From a virus (taxonomy: Duplodnaviria; Caudoviricetes): a DNA stretch of 46,226 nucleotides. The translations under genes and the position numbers were made by a program. Numbering within the stretch: the first letter of the stretch is position 1; the number at the start of each line of letters is the position of its first letter. The notes beneath the pieces are model-generated. The model was given only the letters and a program-made list of their open reading frames with translations. It had not been told where the DNA came from and did not search any database. The stretch is from positions 1 through 46,226 of the IMG/VR virus record IMGVR_UViG_3300024286_000009, one strand, 5' to 3'. Below are positions 8,132 through 17,152 of this stretch, in pieces.

Positions 8132-9519
8132 CGCAGCACCTCGCGGATCATCCGCACCTTGGCCCGCAGCGCGCGCGACACGTCGACGTCGGCGGTGCGC
8201 GCGAGCGAGCAGAAGCGGACGCGGCAGCGCCGGCCCTGGCCGATCCGGTGGATGCGGTCGGCGGCCTGCGCGTTCTCGCCCGGGACCCAGGACAGCTCGG
8301 CGAAGATCGCCAGTGCCGCGGCCGTCAGCGTGACGCCGACGCCGCCCGCGACGATGTTGAGCACGGCCACCCGGACGCGCGGGTCGAGCTGGAAGCGGTC
8401 GACGGCCGCCTGCCGCTCGGGCCCCGGCGTGGCGCCGGTGATCGTCACCACGCCGTAGGGCGCGAGCCGCTGCGCGATCCCCGCGACGACGTCGGCGTGG
8501 TGCGCGAACACGACCACCTTCGGCTCGCCGCCGTCGAGGTCGAGCGCCGCGAGCTCGGCGACCGGGCCGACCTTGCACAGCCCGCAGAGCCGCCGGAAGC
8601 GCGCGACGTCAACGCCGTCGCGCAGCGCGCGGAGCTCGCCCGCCGGGTCGTCGCCCGCGGCCTCGACGGCGGCCATGACCTTCCGCCCGACGCTCGCCTC
8701 GAGCTCGAGAAGCTCCGACGGCGGCGCGTCCCAGGCTAGCTGCACGTCCTCGTAGCTAACCTCTGGCAGGTCGAGGCACTCGGCCTTGGTGCGGCGCAGG
8801 AACAGACCGTCGAGGCGCTTCCTGAGCTCCGGCATCGCCTCCTGCCGGTTGGCGACGACCTTCCAGCCCGGGTCGTACTGCGACGGCCGCACGTGACAGT
8901 ACCGCCGCGCGAAGGCGAGCAGCGACGGCGCGGGCGTGCCCGGCGCGGCCAGCCGCTCGGGGAACGCGGACGCCAGCATGAGCCAGAGGTCGGTCACGTC
9001 GTTGACGATCGGCGTGCCAGTCAGGAACCACGCGCGGTCGCACCGCTCGAGGACCGACTCCCGCAGCCGCGCCGGCTGGTCCTCGCCGCGCGGGACGCCG
9101 AAGAACGCGACCGACCGCTTCGCCGAGGGGGAGCGGAACGCGTGCGCCTCGTCGAGCACGCAGGCGGCCCACCGCCGCCGCAGCACGGCGAGCCGCACCT
9201 CGGGGCGGATCAGGAGCGAGTGCGGGACGACGGTTACCGGCGCGAGCCCGACGTAGGAGGCGTGGCGCGAGGTCGGCACGACCAGCACGTCGCGCGCGTG
9301 CCGGCCGGACCACGCGCACCACTCGCGCGCCCAGTTCAGGGCAACGACGGTCGGTGCCAGCACCAGCGCGCGGGCCCCGGGCTCGGCGGCGAGCACGCTC
9401 TCGGCGGCAGCGACGGCCGTCGCAGTCTTGCCGAGGCCGGGCTCGTCGAACAGGCCGGCGCGGCGGCGGGCGAGCAGCCAGTCGGCGCCGACCTGCTGGT
9501 GCTGGTAGAGGGTCTGCAC
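8128..9519 (-). CDS. SNF2-family (SF2) helicase
   Basis: DEPGLGKT, LDEAH, LTGTP, FLRRTK, GVGVTLT, QAADRIHRIGQ. Exact start uncertain. Confidence 0.93.
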   Translation of the reverse strand: MQTLYQHQQVGADWLLARRRAGLFDEPGLGKTATAVAAAESVLAAEPGARALVLAPTVVALNWAREWCAWSGRHARDVLVVPTSRHASYVGLAPVTVVPHSLLIRPEVRLAVLRRRWAACVLDEAHAFRSPSAKRSVAFFGVPRGEDQPARLRESVLERCDRAWFLTGTPIVNDVTDLWLMLASAFPERLAAPGTPAPSLLAFARRYCHVRPSQYDPGWKVVANRQEAMPELRKRLDGLFLRRTKAECLDLPEVSYEDVQLAWDAPPSELLELEASVGRKVMAAVEAAGDDPAGELRALRDGVDVARFRRLCGLCKVGPVAELAALDLDGGEPKVVVFAHHADVVAGIAQRLAPYGVVTITGATPGPERQAAVDRFQLDPRVRVAVLNIVAGGVGVTLTAAALAIFAELSWVPGENAQAADRIHRIGQGRRCRVRFCSLARTADVDVSRALRAKVRMIREVLR

Positions 9520-9558
9520 GATGGGGAAGCGGGAGCGGGAGCGCGGGTAGCAGCGGGC

Positions 9559-9632
9559 CACACTACCGCCGCGCCGGACCGCATGGAAGCGGAGGCGTCC
9601 ACTTTTTTTCGGCTGCGAGGGGCGGTAGTGTG
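9559..9632. promoter_or_regulatory. Divergent promoter region with inverted 12-bp repeat GGCGGTAGTGTG
   Basis: CACACTACCGCC at 9559-9570 and GGCGGTAGTGTG at 9621-9632. Each copy contains a TANNNT and points outwards. Confidence 0.6.
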
Positions 9633-9641
9633 CGGGGCCGC

Positions 9642-10196
9642 ATGAGCTCTCGCAAATCGACGCCCGGCTTCGCCCTGCTCGGGGAGGCCCCGAGCGCGGC
9701 CGTCGCCGACCGCCCCGACCTCTGGCTGCTCCGCGACGAGACCGGCGTCCCCCACTCGGCGAACCGCCTGCGCGACGCAGGCGGGATGACGACGGCGGAG
9801 TTCAAGGCGCTGTTCCCCCTGCGCACGAACCTGTGGCGGCACGGCGAGCTCCGGGATGGCAAGTACCCGATCGACCTCGCGCTCGCGCGCTACCTGCCGC
9901 TGGTCGAGGCGGTCTCGGTCGGCGAGGTGCTCGGCATAGTCCACCTCGGAGCGCAGGTCCGCGGCGCGGTGCTCAACCGCCTCGTCGTGCTCGAGGACCG
10001 GTGGCCCCTGCTCCGGACGACGCTCGAGTCCGGCGGCCCGTTCGCGCTGCTGGACGCCTACGGCGTGACGGCGTGGCTGCCGCACCCGAGCGGCAGGTGC
10101 CGGTGGTGGAACGCCCCCGGGAATCGGCACCGAGCCGCCGAGGTGATCGAGACCCTCCGTCGGCTCCGCGGTGCGCTGCTGGCATTCCGCCGATGA
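9642..10196 (+). CDS. Uracil-DNA glycosylase superfamily-like protein
   Basis: Motif-1-like LLGEAPS, RTNL, VHLGAQV and motif-2-like LPHPSGRCRWWN, in UDG-fold order. Confidence 0.65.
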   Translation: MSSRKSTPGFALLGEAPSAAVADRPDLWLLRDETGVPHSANRLRDAGGMTTAEFKALFPLRTNLWRHGELRDGKYPIDLALARYLPLVEAVSVGEVLGIVHLGAQVRGAVLNRLVVLEDRWPLLRTTLESGGPFALLDAYGVTAWLPHPSGRCRWWNAPGNRHRAAEVIETLRRLRGALLAFRR

Positions 10197-12358
10197 CGCT
10201 CCGGCGCACGGCGGAGTCGTCCCTCATCCCGCGCGCGCTGCGCGAGCAGGGCCGCTGGGTCCGCTGGGCGATGGCCGAGGTCGGCCCGCCGGGTCGGCGC
10301 CGGTGGACCAAGAAGCCCGCCGGCTCGCTGCTCGACCCGGACGTCCCGCGGCCGTTCGACGAGGTCGCGCGCGACGAGCTCACGCCCCGCGGCGGCGTCG
10401 GGTTTTGCTTCACCGGCCGCGTCCGCGTCCCCGGCGGCTGGCTGGTGGCGCTCGACGTCGACGCGTGCCGCGACCCGCAGACCGGCGCCGTCGCCGACTG
10501 GGCGCTGCACGTGGTCCGCGACCTGGGCCGCGGCAGCTACGCGGAGGTGAGCCCGAGCGGGACCGGCCTGCGCCAGTTCCTCGTCGTGAGTAAGCAGCCC
10601 GAGCACATAGGGCGGGCCCGCGTCGACGAGCCGCCCCCGCCGCTGGTCGACAAGCGGCCCGGCGTCGAGTTCTACGGCCTGAGCGGCGGCGCGCAGTACG
10701 TCACCGTCACCGGCGCGCAGCTCCCGGGCACGAGCGCCGACGTGCTCGCGGTCGACGACCTGTCCGAGCTCGCGCGCGAGCTCGGCGCGGACCAGCGCAA
10801 CGGCCACTCCGGCGAGGCGGGCCTGCCGCGCGGGTCGGGGAAGCCGCCGACGCCCGAGGAGGCGGCGGCGGCGGTGCGGCGAGCGCCGCGCGGCGACGCG
10901 CTGCTGCGCGGCGACTGGGCCACGCTCGGCGCCGAGTCCGCCTCCGAGGCGTTCTACGAGCTCGAGCTGCTCGCGCTGCGCGCGTGCCGCAACCACGGCG
11001 CCGCCGCGCTCGACCTGATCATGCGCTCGGCGTGGGGCGCGGGCCTCGTGGACTCGCGCGAGCCCGGGCGCTACACGCGCCGCGACTGGGTCGCGCGCGA
11101 CCTCGCGCGCGCCTCGGGCAAGGCCGGCGCCGCGCAGCCGAGCGAGGTATTCACCCCCGTCGAGGTCCCGCCGCCGGCGCCGCAGGACGAGTGGCTGGCG
11201 ACGCCGGCCGAGGCGCGCGCCAGGAGCCGCGGGTGCCGGTGGCTCGCGCACGGGCTGCTGCAGCGGTCGGGCGTCGCGCAGGTGTTCGGCGACCCGAGCT
11301 CTGGCAAGACGCCGCTCGCGGTGTCGCTGGCGCTGCACGTCGCGGCCGGCCTGCCGCGCTGGTTCGGGCACGAGCTCGACGACCGCGGGCCGGTGCTGTA
11401 CATGGTCGGCGAGGACCTGAGCGGCATGCTCGACCGCATCGCCGCGCAGGCGAAGGCGCTCGGCGTGCCCGAGGACGGGATCCTGGTCACGCTGCGGCCC
11501 GCGGCGCTCGTGCGGCCGGAGGAGCGCGCCGAGTGGCAGCGGCGCGCCGTCGAGCGCCTCGGCGGGCGGCCGCCGGTGCTCGTCGTGGTCGACACGCAGG
11601 CGAGGAACTTCGGGCCGGGCAACGAGAACAGCACCGAGGACATGGCGGCGTTCGTAGACGCGGTCGACGCGATGCGGCGCGAGCTCGGCTGCCTCGTGCT
11701 GCTCGTGCACCACACGGGGCACCAGAACAAGGACCGCGGGCGCGGCTCGTCGGCGCTACCGGCAGCGCTGGACGCGCAGCTCGAGGTGCGGCGCGAGGGC
11801 GACCTCGTGACCGCGACGGTGACCAAGCTCAAGCACGCCGCAACGCCGAGGCCGATCCGCGCCCGGCTCGAGGCCGTGCAGGTCGGCACGGACGAGAAGG
11901 GCCGCCCCGTCACCGCGGTGACGGTGGCGCCGGCGAGCGCCGCCGCCGCGCGTCCGGACGACCTCGGGCCGGCGCTGCTGGCGGTGCTGGCGGCGGTGCG
12001 CGATTCGGCCGGCGAGCCCGTCGGCCAGCGCGGGCTGGCGGAGCTCGCGGGAACGAACAAGAAGGCGGCCGCGGCGGCCGCGGCGGACCTCGAGCGGCTC
12101 GGCCTCGTCGAGGTGCGCGAGGACGGCGACCGGGGTCGCAGCCGCTACCTCCTGACCGACTCCGGGAGGCGGACCTGCCCCGCCGGGGCGGCCGGAACCA
12201 GTCGCGAACCAGTCGGAACCAGTCTGGCGCATCTGCTTGGCGAGGAAGCAGTTAGCCCCAAGAACCAGTCAAATGAGACTGGTCTCAACATGACTGGTTC
12301 ATCCGGCGAAGAACCACGCGGAACCAGTCAGGAACGGATAGACGTAAATGACGAATAG
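10193..12358 (+). CDS. Primase-polymerase (NrS-1-like AEP) fused to AAA_25/RepA-type helicase and C-terminal wHTH
   Basis: IPRAL..RW..W, GVGF, LDVD, YAEVSPSGTG, VEFY, YVTVTG. Walker A GDPSSGKT, VVVDT, LVHHTG, RGSSAL. Confidence 0.9.
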   Translation: MTLRRTAESSLIPRALREQGRWVRWAMAEVGPPGRRRWTKKPAGSLLDPDVPRPFDEVARDELTPRGGVGFCFTGRVRVPGGWLVALDVDACRDPQTGAVADWALHVVRDLGRGSYAEVSPSGTGLRQFLVVSKQPEHIGRARVDEPPPPLVDKRPGVEFYGLSGGAQYVTVTGAQLPGTSADVLAVDDLSELARELGADQRNGHSGEAGLPRGSGKPPTPEEAAAAVRRAPRGDALLRGDWATLGAESASEAFYELELLALRACRNHGAAALDLIMRSAWGAGLVDSREPGRYTRRDWVARDLARASGKAGAAQPSEVFTPVEVPPPAPQDEWLATPAEARARSRGCRWLAHGLLQRSGVAQVFGDPSSGKTPLAVSLALHVAAGLPRWFGHELDDRGPVLYMVGEDLSGMLDRIAAQAKALGVPEDGILVTLRPAALVRPEERAEWQRRAVERLGGRPPVLVVVDTQARNFGPGNENSTEDMAAFVDAVDAMRRELGCLVLLVHHTGHQNKDRGRGSSALPAALDAQLEVRREGDLVTATVTKLKHAATPRPIRARLEAVQVGTDEKGRPVTAVTVAPASAAAARPDDLGPALLAVLAAVRDSAGEPVGQRGLAELAGTNKKAAAAAAADLERLGLVEVREDGDRGRSRYLLTDSGRRTCPAGAAGTSREPVGTSLAHLLGEEAVSPKNQSNETGLNMTGSSGEEPRGTSQERIDVNDE

Positions 12359-12472
12359 CGAACAACTTGAGCTCGAAAAGTTGATTGGAACCAGTCAGAA
12401 CCAGTCAACGCCTCCGACCACCAGGCGAACGACTGGTTCTGGTTCTCCCCCTAAAGGGGGGAACCAAACCAG
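12195..12472. repeat. Iteron cluster and palindrome: putative replication origin
   Basis: GAACCAGTC exact at 12195, 12206, 12216, 12262, 12321, 12388 and 12398; inverted at 12292 and 12431. Imperfect palindrome GGTTCTCCCCC-TAAA-GGGGGGAACC at 12441-12465. Locally AT-richer. Confidence 0.75.
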
Positions 12473-13058
12473 CGTCGCGGTCCGGCCCGAGAGGGGGGTC
12501 CCAGTCGTCCGGTTCTGGACCCCGGCGGGCCCAAGCGGTCCCCGGCCCGAGCCGCGCCCGCGGTGGTCGCGGGCGGCCGGCCGCGCGTTCGTCCCGGGCT
12601 CCGCCGACGAGTGGAAGGACCAGCTCCGGGCGTCGTGCGTCGAGGCGCTGCTGCGCGACCCCGCGCGCGCGGCGGCCGACGCGCTCGGCGACCCGACCGG
12701 GCTGCCGGTGACGGCGGTCCCGTTCGCGGTCGAGCTCGAGCTCGTGTTCGCGCGGCCGCACCGGCACTACGCCGCGCGCGCCGGCAGGGACCGGGCGCGA
12801 CCCGCCGACGGCACGCTGCTCAAGCCCTCGGCCCCGCGCTGGCACGTCCAGGTGCCGGACTGGGACAACCTCGCCAAGGCCGCGTGCGACGCGCTCTCGC
12901 GCTGGCACGACCTGCCGCCGCTGCTCTGGCTCAACGACTCGCAGGTCGTCGACGCGCGCGTCCGCAAGCGGTGGTCCGAGGTCGAGGACGACGCCCTCGG
13001 CTGCGGCTCCGGGTGCTGGTTCGAGGCGCGGATCCTCGGCGCGGCGGTGCTGCCGTGA
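12348..13058 (+). CDS. rusA: RusA-like Holliday junction resolvase
   Basis: PRPR...WK, PDWDNLAKAACDAL, W.NDSQVV...KRW. The start may be downstream of the annotated one. Confidence 0.85.
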   Translation: MTNSEQLELEKLIGTSQNQSTPPTTRRTTGSGSPPKGGNQTSVAVRPERGVPVVRFWTPAGPSGPRPEPRPRWSRAAGRAFVPGSADEWKDQLRASCVEALLRDPARAAADALGDPTGLPVTAVPFAVELELVFARPHRHYAARAGRDRARPADGTLLKPSAPRWHVQVPDWDNLAKAACDALSRWHDLPPLLWLNDSQVVDARVRKRWSEVEDDALGCGSGCWFEARILGAAVLP

Positions 13059-13408
13059 CGCCCTCGTTCGTCGGCGAGCTCACGCGCGGCGAGCGGCTTG
13101 AGCTCTCGCGCCGCCGCGCCGCCATCACGCAGTCCCAGGCCGCGCACGCGCTCCGCGTCTCGGTCGACCGCCTGCGGCGCTGGGAGCGCGACCTCGCCGG
13201 CGACGGCGCGCCGCTCGCGCTCGACGCCGCGAGCGAGCTCAGGCCGCACGAGCGGTGCTGGCTCGCGCGGCGCCGCGCCGACTGCACGATGCGCTCGGTC
13301 TCCGCGGCGCTCGCGCTGTCGCTGACCTGGGTCCACCGGGCCGAGACCGGCGCGCTCGGCGCCGACCGCATCGGGGCGCTGCTGGCGTTCTGGGGCCTCG
13401 CGAGCTAG
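13055..13408 (+). CDS. Tandem XRE-type HTH protein
   Basis: Two repeats: RRRAAITQSQAAHALRVS...RWE and RRRADCTMRSVSAALALS...RAETG. Confidence 0.75.
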   Translation: MTPSFVGELTRGERLELSRRRAAITQSQAAHALRVSVDRLRRWERDLAGDGAPLALDAASELRPHERCWLARRRADCTMRSVSAALALSLTWVHRAETGALGADRIGALLAFWGLAS

Positions 13409-13420
13409 GCTCGGGGCGTC

Positions 13421-14086
13421 GTGAACGTCTCGCAGGTCCCACTCGCCCAGCTCAGGCCGCACCCGCGGAACTACCGGACCCACCCCGCCGACCAGCTCGC
13501 GCAGATCGCCGCGTCGCTGCGCGAGCACGGGTGGTATCGGCCCGTCGTGGTCGCGCGCGGCGACGTGATCCTCGCCGGCCACGGCGTCGTCGAGGCCGCG
13601 CGCGGGCTCGGCTGGACGCAGGCGCCGGTGACGCGGCTCGACGTGGACCCCGAGTCGGTCGCCGCGATGAAGGTCCTCGCGGGCGACAACATGATGCCGC
13701 ACCTCTCGGTCGACGACGACCGCGCGCTGACCGAGATGCTGCGCGAGATCCAGGAGAAGGGCAACCTGCTCGGGACCGGGCTCGACGCCGCGGCGCAGCT
13801 CGCGGCGCTGGCGATGGTCACGCGGCCCGCCGGCGAGGTGCGCGACAAGGACCACGCGCTCGCGTGGCTCGGGATGCCGCAGACCGAGAACGAGGCCGCG
13901 CTCGACGGCTCCGAGTTCCGCGTCATGGTCTGCCTCGACTCCGAGGCGCGCCGCGAGGAGTTCCTGCGGCTGATCGGCAGCCCGCTCGTGTCGAAGCGTA
14001 CCGCCGCGTGGTGGGCGCTCTACTGGCCAGACCGGCCGCGGAACGTGCGGCACCCCGAGCTCCGCGCGCTGCTGGGTGAAGCATGA
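13421..14086 (+). CDS. ParB/Srx N-terminal domain protein
   Basis: L.PHPRNYR.H, QIAASL.EHG...PVVV, ILAGHG..EAA, DN. Typical position upstream of terminase. Confidence 0.85.
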   Translation: MNVSQVPLAQLRPHPRNYRTHPADQLAQIAASLREHGWYRPVVVARGDVILAGHGVVEAARGLGWTQAPVTRLDVDPESVAAMKVLAGDNMMPHLSVDDDRALTEMLREIQEKGNLLGTGLDAAAQLAALAMVTRPAGEVRDKDHALAWLGMPQTENEAALDGSEFRVMVCLDSEARREEFLRLIGSPLVSKRTAAWWALYWPDRPRNVRHPELRALLGEA

Positions 14087-14520
14087 CTGCCGGCGAGGTC
14101 GGGCCCGACGGCCGCAGCACCCGCAACGGCCAGTTCGTCAAGGGCGAGTACAAGGGCGGCCCCGGCCGCCGCCTCGGCAGCGTGAACCTCCGGCGCCTCG
14201 TGCGCGAGAAGGCGGCCGAGGCGGGCACCGACGCGGAGACGATCGTGTGGTCGGTGTTCGCGGCGCTGATCGCCCGCGCCCGCGGCGGCGACGTCCGCGC
14301 CGCCGTCGCGGTGCTCGAGTACCTCTGCGACCGCGAGGCGATCGAGCTCCTCGTCACGCACGAGGGCTCGGTGTCCACCGGCCCCGCCGCGGTGCCCGAC
14401 TCGAGCACGCTCGCGCACTACCTCGCGGAGCTCGCCGGCGTGCCGGACTCCGTGCGGCGCGCGCTCGCCGACCGCGCCGGCCGCGCCGACGCGGCGGAGC
14501 TCGGCAGCCTCCTGGGGTGA
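14083..14520 (+). CDS. terS: Putative terminase small subunit
   Basis: NGQFVKG...GGPGR..G and A..GD..A motifs; directly upstream of TerL. Confidence 0.7.
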   Translation: MTAGEVGPDGRSTRNGQFVKGEYKGGPGRRLGSVNLRRLVREKAAEAGTDAETIVWSVFAALIARARGGDVRAAVAVLEYLCDREAIELLVTHEGSVSTGPAAVPDSSTLAHYLAELAGVPDSVRRALADRAGRADAAELGSLLG

Positions 14521-16130
14521 GCGAGGCCCGCGCCGCGGCCGAGGCCGAGTTCCGCGCGCGCATGCTCGCAGCGTTCGACCGCGCCTGCCCCGAGGTCGCC
14601 GGCAACCCGTTCATCCCGCACTGGCCGACGCTGCCGCAGGCGCGGTTCCTCGGGCTCCGCGCGGCCGACCCCGAGGCGATCCTCGAGGCGCTCTACGGCG
14701 GCGCGGCTGGCGGCGGCAAGTCCGACGCGCTGCTCATGGCCGCGGCGCAGTACGCGTGGCGGCACGGCGAGTTCAGCGGCCTGATGCTAAGGCGCACCTA
14801 CACGGAGCTCGCGCAGCCCGACGCGCTGATGGACCGCGCGCTGCGCTGGTGGGTCCCGCGCGGCGTGGAGTGGGACGGCTCGAACAAGGTGTTCACGTTC
14901 CCGAGCGGCGCGCGCGTGAAGGTCGGCTACCTCGACCACGCGCGCGACGAGCTCCAGTACCAGGGCGCGGCATTCCAGCTCGCGTGCTGGGACGAGCTCA
15001 CGCACTGGGACGACCCGCTGCAGTACGAGTTCGTCAGCCTCTCGCGCGTGCGCCGCCCCGCGGGCTCCGCCGTGCCGCTGCGCGCGCTCTCCGCGTCGAA
15101 CCCCGGCGGCCCGGGCCACGCGTGGGTCCGCGACCGCTTCGTGACGGGCCGGGTCAACCCGTCGTCAGGTGTTAGGACTCCGCCCGTCGGCACCTACGTC
15201 CCCGCGCGCCTCGACGACAACCCGTACATCGACCGCGCCGCCTACGAGAAGTCGCTCATGCGGCTCCACCCGACGCGGCGGCAGCAGCTCCGCGACGGCG
15301 ACTGGCGCGCGCGCGAGCCCGGCGACTACTTCCGCGCCGAGTGGTTCGGGCCGCTGCTCGACCCGGTCGCCGACGCGCCGCCGCCCGGCGGCCACGTCGC
15401 CGTGCGCTGGTGGGACCTCGCCGCGTCGGAGAAGGAGTCGGCGGCCCGCACCGCCGGCGTGCTGATGGTCCGCTTCCGCACCGGCGTCCGCGCCGTGCGG
15501 CACTGCGCGGCGTTCCGGCTCACGCCCGGCGCGCGCGACGCGGCGATCGTCCGGCAGGCGGAGATCGACGGGCGGGCGGTGACCGTCGGCGTCGAGATCG
15601 AGGGCGGCAGCGGCGGCGTGGCGCAGTTCGACTCGCTCGCCGAGCGGCTCCGCGCGCGCGGCTACCGCTGCGTCGGTGCGCGGCCGCGCGACACCGCGCG
15701 CGCCGGCCGCGGCGAGGCCGAGCGTCGCATCGTCGTGCTCGGCTCCGAGTCGATGCGCGCGAAGGTCGGCCGCGCCGACCCGGTGGCCGCCTGCCTCGAG
15801 CGCGGGCACCAGCGCCGCGGCGAGTGCCCCCGCACCGGCGAGCCGTGGTGGGGCGCCGACGCCGACCTGCCGCTCGTGCAGCAGCGCGACGGCCTGCGGC
15901 TCTACGCCGGCGCGTGGACGCAGGAGTTCCTCGACGTCGTCGAGGGGTTCCCCGACGGCGCGACCGTCGACGAGGTCGACGCGATGAGCGGCGCGTGGGC
16001 GTGGCTCGAGTCGCACCCGTGGGGTGCGCAGGTCGCGCCCGACGCGCGCCTGCCGCGCCCGCGCGACTCGGCCGAGCTCCACCCTGACGACCGCGAGGAG
16101 CCCGCCCGCCCTCGCGTCGAGGGGCCGTAG
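14517..16130 (+). CDS. terL: Terminase large subunit
   Basis: YGGAAGGGKS, LRRT..EL, YQG, WDELT, SNPGG.GH.WV, DNPY, RWWDLA, DEVDAMSGA. Confidence 0.95.
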   Translation: MSEARAAAEAEFRARMLAAFDRACPEVAGNPFIPHWPTLPQARFLGLRAADPEAILEALYGGAAGGGKSDALLMAAAQYAWRHGEFSGLMLRRTYTELAQPDALMDRALRWWVPRGVEWDGSNKVFTFPSGARVKVGYLDHARDELQYQGAAFQLACWDELTHWDDPLQYEFVSLSRVRRPAGSAVPLRALSASNPGGPGHAWVRDRFVTGRVNPSSGVRTPPVGTYVPARLDDNPYIDRAAYEKSLMRLHPTRRQQLRDGDWRAREPGDYFRAEWFGPLLDPVADAPPPGGHVAVRWWDLAASEKESAARTAGVLMVRFRTGVRAVRHCAAFRLTPGARDAAIVRQAEIDGRAVTVGVEIEGGSGGVAQFDSLAERLRARGYRCVGARPRDTARAGRGEAERRIVVLGSESMRAKVGRADPVAACLERGHQRRGECPRTGEPWWGADADLPLVQQRDGLRLYAGAWTQEFLDVVEGFPDGATVDEVDAMSGAWAWLESHPWGAQVAPDARLPRPRDSAELHPDDREEPARPRVEGP

Positions 16131-16484
16131 CTAGTCGGCGCGGCCGTCGCGCACGAACCCGTGCCAGCCGCAGCCGCTCTTGAGCAGCACGGAGACGGGT
16201 AGCGCCGGGACGCCGGGCGCGAAGGTCAGGTCGTCGAGGCCCGTGCCTTGCGGCTTCCAGCGGCCCGGCACCGGGTAGACGCTCTGCGGCACGTGTCGCC
16301 ACCAGCACACGATCGAGTGCGTCCCGACCGGCCCCGCGTTCTCGGCGAAGCACTTCGGGCACAGGAACAGCACGCCGTCGGAGTCGGCGAGCTCGACACC
16401 CTCCCACCGCCACGACTCGCCGGCCGGGTCGAGCAGTTTCAAGAAGCGCGCGTCGAGCTCGCGGAGTGTCGGCACGCGCGGCAT
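16131..16484 (-). CDS. DUF6527-like Zn-binding protein
   Basis: GVLFLCPKC...H...W...G...LTF.P...SV...CGWHGFVRDG. Alternative GTG start at 16475. Confidence 0.6.
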   Translation of the reverse strand: MPRVPTLRELDARFLKLLDPAGESWRWEGVELADSDGVLFLCPKCFAENAGPVGTHSIVCWWRHVPQSVYPVPGRWKPQGTGLDDLTFAPGVPALPVSVLLKSGCGWHGFVRDGRAD

Positions 16485-16496
16485 GCTACCACGCCC

Positions 16497-16841
16497 ATGC
16501 GAACCCTCGCGGTCCTCGTCGTGGCGTCCCTGGCCCTGCTCGCGCTCGCCGGCTGCGGCCTGCTTACCCCGGCGATCTCCGGCGTCGCCCCGGCGGCCGG
16601 CACGCCCGAGGCCGGGCAGCTCGCGCAGCAGGTCGACGAGTCGATCTGGCGCTGGCTCGGCGCGGTGTTCTTCAACATTCCGCCGGCCGTGAAGGTCGGC
16701 GCTGCGGCGCTCGCCGGCGAGCTCGTCCGCCCGGCGTCGCGCGTCGTGCGCGGCGCGCGTCACATACACCGAGTCGTGAAGTGGGGTCGCGCCGCTGCGC
16801 GCTCCGCGGCATCCGCGACGCCGCCGGCGAAGGTCGGCTAG
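16497..16841 (+). CDS. Putative lipoprotein
   Basis: MRTLAVLVVASLALLALAG-C lipobox. Confidence 0.7.
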   Translation: MRTLAVLVVASLALLALAGCGLLTPAISGVAPAAGTPEAGQLAQQVDESIWRWLGAVFFNIPPAVKVGAAALAGELVRPASRVVRGARHIHRVVKWGRAAARSAASATPPAKVG

Positions 16842-17152
16842 CGGTCGAAGTAGCGCCGGCGGCGCGACCAGAGCTTGCGCCAGTCGATGCAGCACCCCGA
16901 CGCGTCACCGCCGTCCGCCGAGGCGATCGCGCGGGCCCGCGCCGGCGCCGACAGCGGGCTGGCGTCCCAGCGCACGCAGCACAGGCCGGCTCCGTTGACC
17001 TGGAGCACGGTCCCGAACACGCGTAGGTAGTTCGGCTCGAGGCGCACGCCGGCGTTGCCCCACCGCACGCGGACGAACACGCGGTCGCCGACGCGCGGCC
17101 CGATGGTCGGCGTGTAGCGGCGCCAGTCGAGGCCGGGTCGCTCGCGGGGCAT
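16838..17152 (-). CDS. Hypothetical protein (SH3/KOW-like beta pattern)
   Basis: PRVGDRVFV...GTV...VRWD. Confidence 0.6.
   Translation of the reverse strand: MPRERPGLDWRRYTPTIGPRVGDRVFVRVRWGNAGVRLEPNYLRVFGTVLQVNGAGLCCVRWDASPLSAPARARAIASADGGDASGCCIDWRKLWSRRRRYFDR

Noticed and set aside
12195-12472. CRISPR mini-array
   Set aside because: The repeats are 9 bp, irregularly spaced and in both orientations. The Cas4-like gene is the usual DUF2800 replication nuclease.
13421-14086. Plasmid-prophage partition system
   Set aside because: There is no ParA and no evident HTH or parS. ParB-N proteins next to terminase are common in phages.
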